The translations under genes and the position numbers were made by a program. Of a stretch of 64,000 bases of DNA, positions 61,572 through 64,000 are shown one piece after another. Every line of letters begins with the position of its first letter. The stretch's first letter is position 1. The notes below the pieces were generated by a model, which had not been told where the DNA came from, ran no database searches, and saw only the letters and a program-made list of their open reading frames with translations. The stretch spans positions 704,001 to 768,000 of the forward strand of contig CAXXJJ010000004.1 in NCBI GenBank assembly GCA_963667015.2, in the 5' to 3' direction. Source of the stretch: Desulfatiglandales bacterium (GTDB lineage Bacteria > Desulfobacterota > DSM-4660 > Desulfatiglandales > HGW-15).

Positions 61572-62453
61572 TCAAATAACAGCCATTATATTTGATTTAA
61601 TTTTTTCCAATCCCGGCCGCGATAAAGCAGTCTTTTCATACGCCTTTATAAAATCTTCATTACTCATTCCAAGAATCACATCTGTTGAAGGCATACATTT
61701 TTTATTAATCTTTCCTCTGTTATGAGGGCACACCTCCTGACATATGTCACAGCCAAGAAAACATTTGTTCATATATTTTCCATGTGAAATATTGACAGGC
61801 TGCTTAGATTCGATTGTAAGATATGAAAGGCATCTTGCCGAGTCAAAATAACGGGGACCATTTAAGGCCCCTGTAGGGCAGGAATCAACACATTTTGAAC
61901 ATGATCCGCAAAGGTCATGAATCGGTTCAACAATCGGCATATCAATTAGTACGGTTGTTAATATTTCTGCTAGATAAAAATATGACCCGTAACCGGGGAT
62001 TATGAGCATATTGTTTTTACCAATAAATCCCATACCGGATGAATAGGCGAAACTGCGTTCGAGGAAAGGGGCTGAATCAACCAGTATTCTCGATTTGCTT
62101 TCCGGGTATAATTTACAAATAAGGTCTATAAGCTCTCTGCATTTATCTCTCAGGCGAATATGGTAATCATCCTCATCGGGAGTGCTGTATCTTGAAAGAG
62201 TAAAACCATCTTCGGTCGCGGGCTTCTCTTCAGGGTAAGGATGGGCCAGGGATATTATTGTGCTGCATCCGGAAAGGAGTTTTAAAGGGTCTTCCCTTAT
62301 TTCCATATTCCTTTCCATCCAGGCCATTCCGGCGTTCCTGCCCGAGTCAACCCATGCTTTATACTCTTCAAAAAATAAGGGCTTTACAGGTCTCGAAAAA
62401 ACAATACCTTTAAAGCCCATTTCAAAAGCTTTTGATCGTATTTCATCAATCAT
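61572..62453 (-). CDS. queG: Epoxyqueuosine reductase
   Basis: AGMAWM, DYH, VDSAP.LER, GFIGKN, CGSCSKCVDSCPT, CLSY.TIE, GCDICQEVCP. Confidence 0.9.
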   Translation of the reverse strand: MIDEIRSKAFEMGFKGIVFSRPVKPLFFEEYKAWVDSGRNAGMAWMERNMEIREDPLKLLSGCSTIISLAHPYPEEKPATEDGFTLSRYSTPDEDDYHIRLRDKCRELIDLICKLYPESKSRILVDSAPFLERSFAYSSGMGFIGKNNMLIIPGYGSYFYLAEILTTVLIDMPIVEPIHDLCGSCSKCVDSCPTGALNGPRYFDSARCLSYLTIESKQPVNISHGKYMNKCFLGCDICQEVCPHNRGKINKKCMPSTDVILGMSNEDFIKAYEKTALSRPGLEKIKSNIMAVI

Positions 62454-62469
62454 GACATGATGCCCTGTA

Positions 62470-63354
62470 TTAAATGGGCGTGTCCAGGTCAAAGGGAGTA
62501 AGGCTTTCGAACCCTTCTTCGGTAACAAGATATGTCTGTTCAAACTGGGCGGACAATGAGCCATCATCAGTTACGGCAGTCCATTTGTCTGAAAGGATAT
62601 GCAGTTCTTTCTTTCCAAGATTTATCATGGGCTCGACAGTAAACACCATTCCGGGAATCATTTTAAGCCCCTGCCCTTTTTTCCCGTAATGGGAGACCTG
62701 AGGAGGTTCGTGGAAATCTATACCGACTCCATGCCCGACAAATTCCCTTACAACAGAACACCCCTGCCTTTCCGCACACTGCTGTATTGCCCAGCCTATG
62801 TCACCGAGAGTGTTACCGGGAGCAATCATTGACACGCCGGCCCTGAGGCTTTCTCTTGCAACATTCACTATTTTTCTGGCATCAGGCGATACATTTCCAA
62901 CAAGATAGGTCTTGTTGGCATCGGCATAGTAGCCATTAAGGATAGGAGTGACGTCTATATTAACAATATCCCCTTCTTCAAGTCTTCTTTCACCGGGTAT
63001 TCCATGACATATTACCTCATTGATGGAGATACATACACTTTTGGGATATCCCCTGTAATTCAATGGGGCGGGAACAGCCCCGTTTTTAACTGTGAATTCA
63101 TGAACAATAGTGTTTATATCATCCGTCTTCATCCCCGGTTTAACATACTCCTCCACCAGGTTGAGGGTATCAACCGCAAGTCTGCCTGCCGCTTTAATGC
63201 CTGCAATATCGGCTTCGCTTTTTATCTTTATGCCGAATTTTCTCAAGTACAGGGCACTTTTGTCTTCTGAAGAGGTTAGTCCTTTTTTGAGACAGCATTT
63301 TTTATACTTGAGTCCGCTTCCGCAGGGGCAAAAATCATTTCGGCCTGTTTTCAT
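62470..63354 (-). CDS. map: Type I methionine aminopeptidase with N-terminal SEC-C motif
   Basis: [53 protein letters not shown]. Confidence 0.95.
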   Translation of the reverse strand: MKTGRNDFCPCGSGLKYKKCCLKKGLTSSEDKSALYLRKFGIKIKSEADIAGIKAAGRLAVDTLNLVEEYVKPGMKTDDINTIVHEFTVKNGAVPAPLNYRGYPKSVCISINEVICHGIPGERRLEEGDIVNIDVTPILNGYYADANKTYLVGNVSPDARKIVNVARESLRAGVSMIAPGNTLGDIGWAIQQCAERQGCSVVREFVGHGVGIDFHEPPQVSHYGKKGQGLKMIPGMVFTVEPMINLGKKELHILSDKWTAVTDDGSLSAQFEQTYLVTEEGFESLTPFDLDTPI

Positions 63355-63630
63355 ATCTTTTTTTCCAAGTGATAAGTAAATTTACAAACAGCATTACAAG
63401 ATGACAAATAAATGCATTGATCTATACTCTTGTCGCTTTTTTTGGGTATATGCAATAGCTTAGACAATGTTACTACCAAAATAATCCGGGCAAATCAAAT
63501 GTTAATGAATTGATTCTTAATTTAGATTTTTACTATAAAATACTAATTTTATAAAAATTGATTGAATATAAACTCATTAAAAGGTATCTAAATTAAAACC
63601 TATAACAAATAACCTTATAAGAATTTACCT

Positions 63631-64000
63631 TTGAACAGCGATAAAAAAAAGATACTTAAAAATCCGCATATCTGGTGTTTTTCGACCTATTTTGCTGAAG
63701 GATTTCCTTACTCTCTAATCCGGATTATTTCCTCTGTATTTTTCAGGGACATGAAAGTCAGCCTGGAAGGCGTCGGGCTCACATCTCTTTTTGGATTGCC
63801 ATGGGTGCTGAAACTTCTCTGGAGTCCCCAGGTCGACCAATTCGGGACAAAGAGAAAATGGATGAATTCAATGCAGTTTATCCTGGCGGTCCTGTTTTTA
63901 TCTGTGGCTTTTTTGACTCCCGTCCAGGGAGGAATAAAGGTTATTGCTATTTTATTTTTTATAGGATCTATCGTTGCGGCCACAAATGATATCGCAATTG
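63631..64000 (+). CDS. AmpG-like MFS permease, 3'-truncated by window edge and absent from the ORF track
   Basis: Manual translation from TTG at 63631: ..WCFSTYFAEGFPY..LFGLPWVLKLLWSPQVDQFGTKRKW..AATNDIAI, open to the window end. Confidence 0.85.
   Translation, partial: MNSDKKKILKNPHIWCFSTYFAEGFPYSLIRIISSVFFRDMKVSLEGVGLTSLFGLPWVLKLLWSPQVDQFGTKRKWMNSMQFILAVLFLSVAFLTPVQGGIKVIAILFFIGSIVAATNDIAI

Overview
Bacterial chromosomal window, moderately AT-rich and densely coding. Gene content (sigma54 promoters, hybrid PAS kinases, CooC, SEC-C-fused Map, CCG/FeS and XDH-family molybdoenzymes) suggests an anaerobic Desulfobacterota-like organism; this is inference, not a database result. Housekeeping genes (fusA paralog, serC, asnS, efpL, glnK-amtB, thiE/thiL, queG, map) alternate with catabolic and accessory loci. 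No rRNA, tRNA, CRISPR array or transposase was seen. Main points of interest: (1) an orphan XDH-family Mo subunit with its canonical active-site motifs replaced, co-oriented with two cupin-like genes and next to a MarR-controlled pair of secreted paralogs (16.8-22.9 kb); (2) a TetR-led operon joining an HcrA-like Mo enzyme to two VAO/GlcD-type flavoproteins, a CCG FeS protein and a sulfur carrier (26.8-36.2 kb); (3) an unannotated, highly structured ~160-nt candidate sigma54-dependent sRNA (9.9-10.1 kb); (4) a duplication of the amtB 3' end plus a TorF-like porin gene and its terminator; (5) an internally deleted M48 peptidase pseudogene, a probable pseudo-histidine kinase, and sigma54-driven small proteins.
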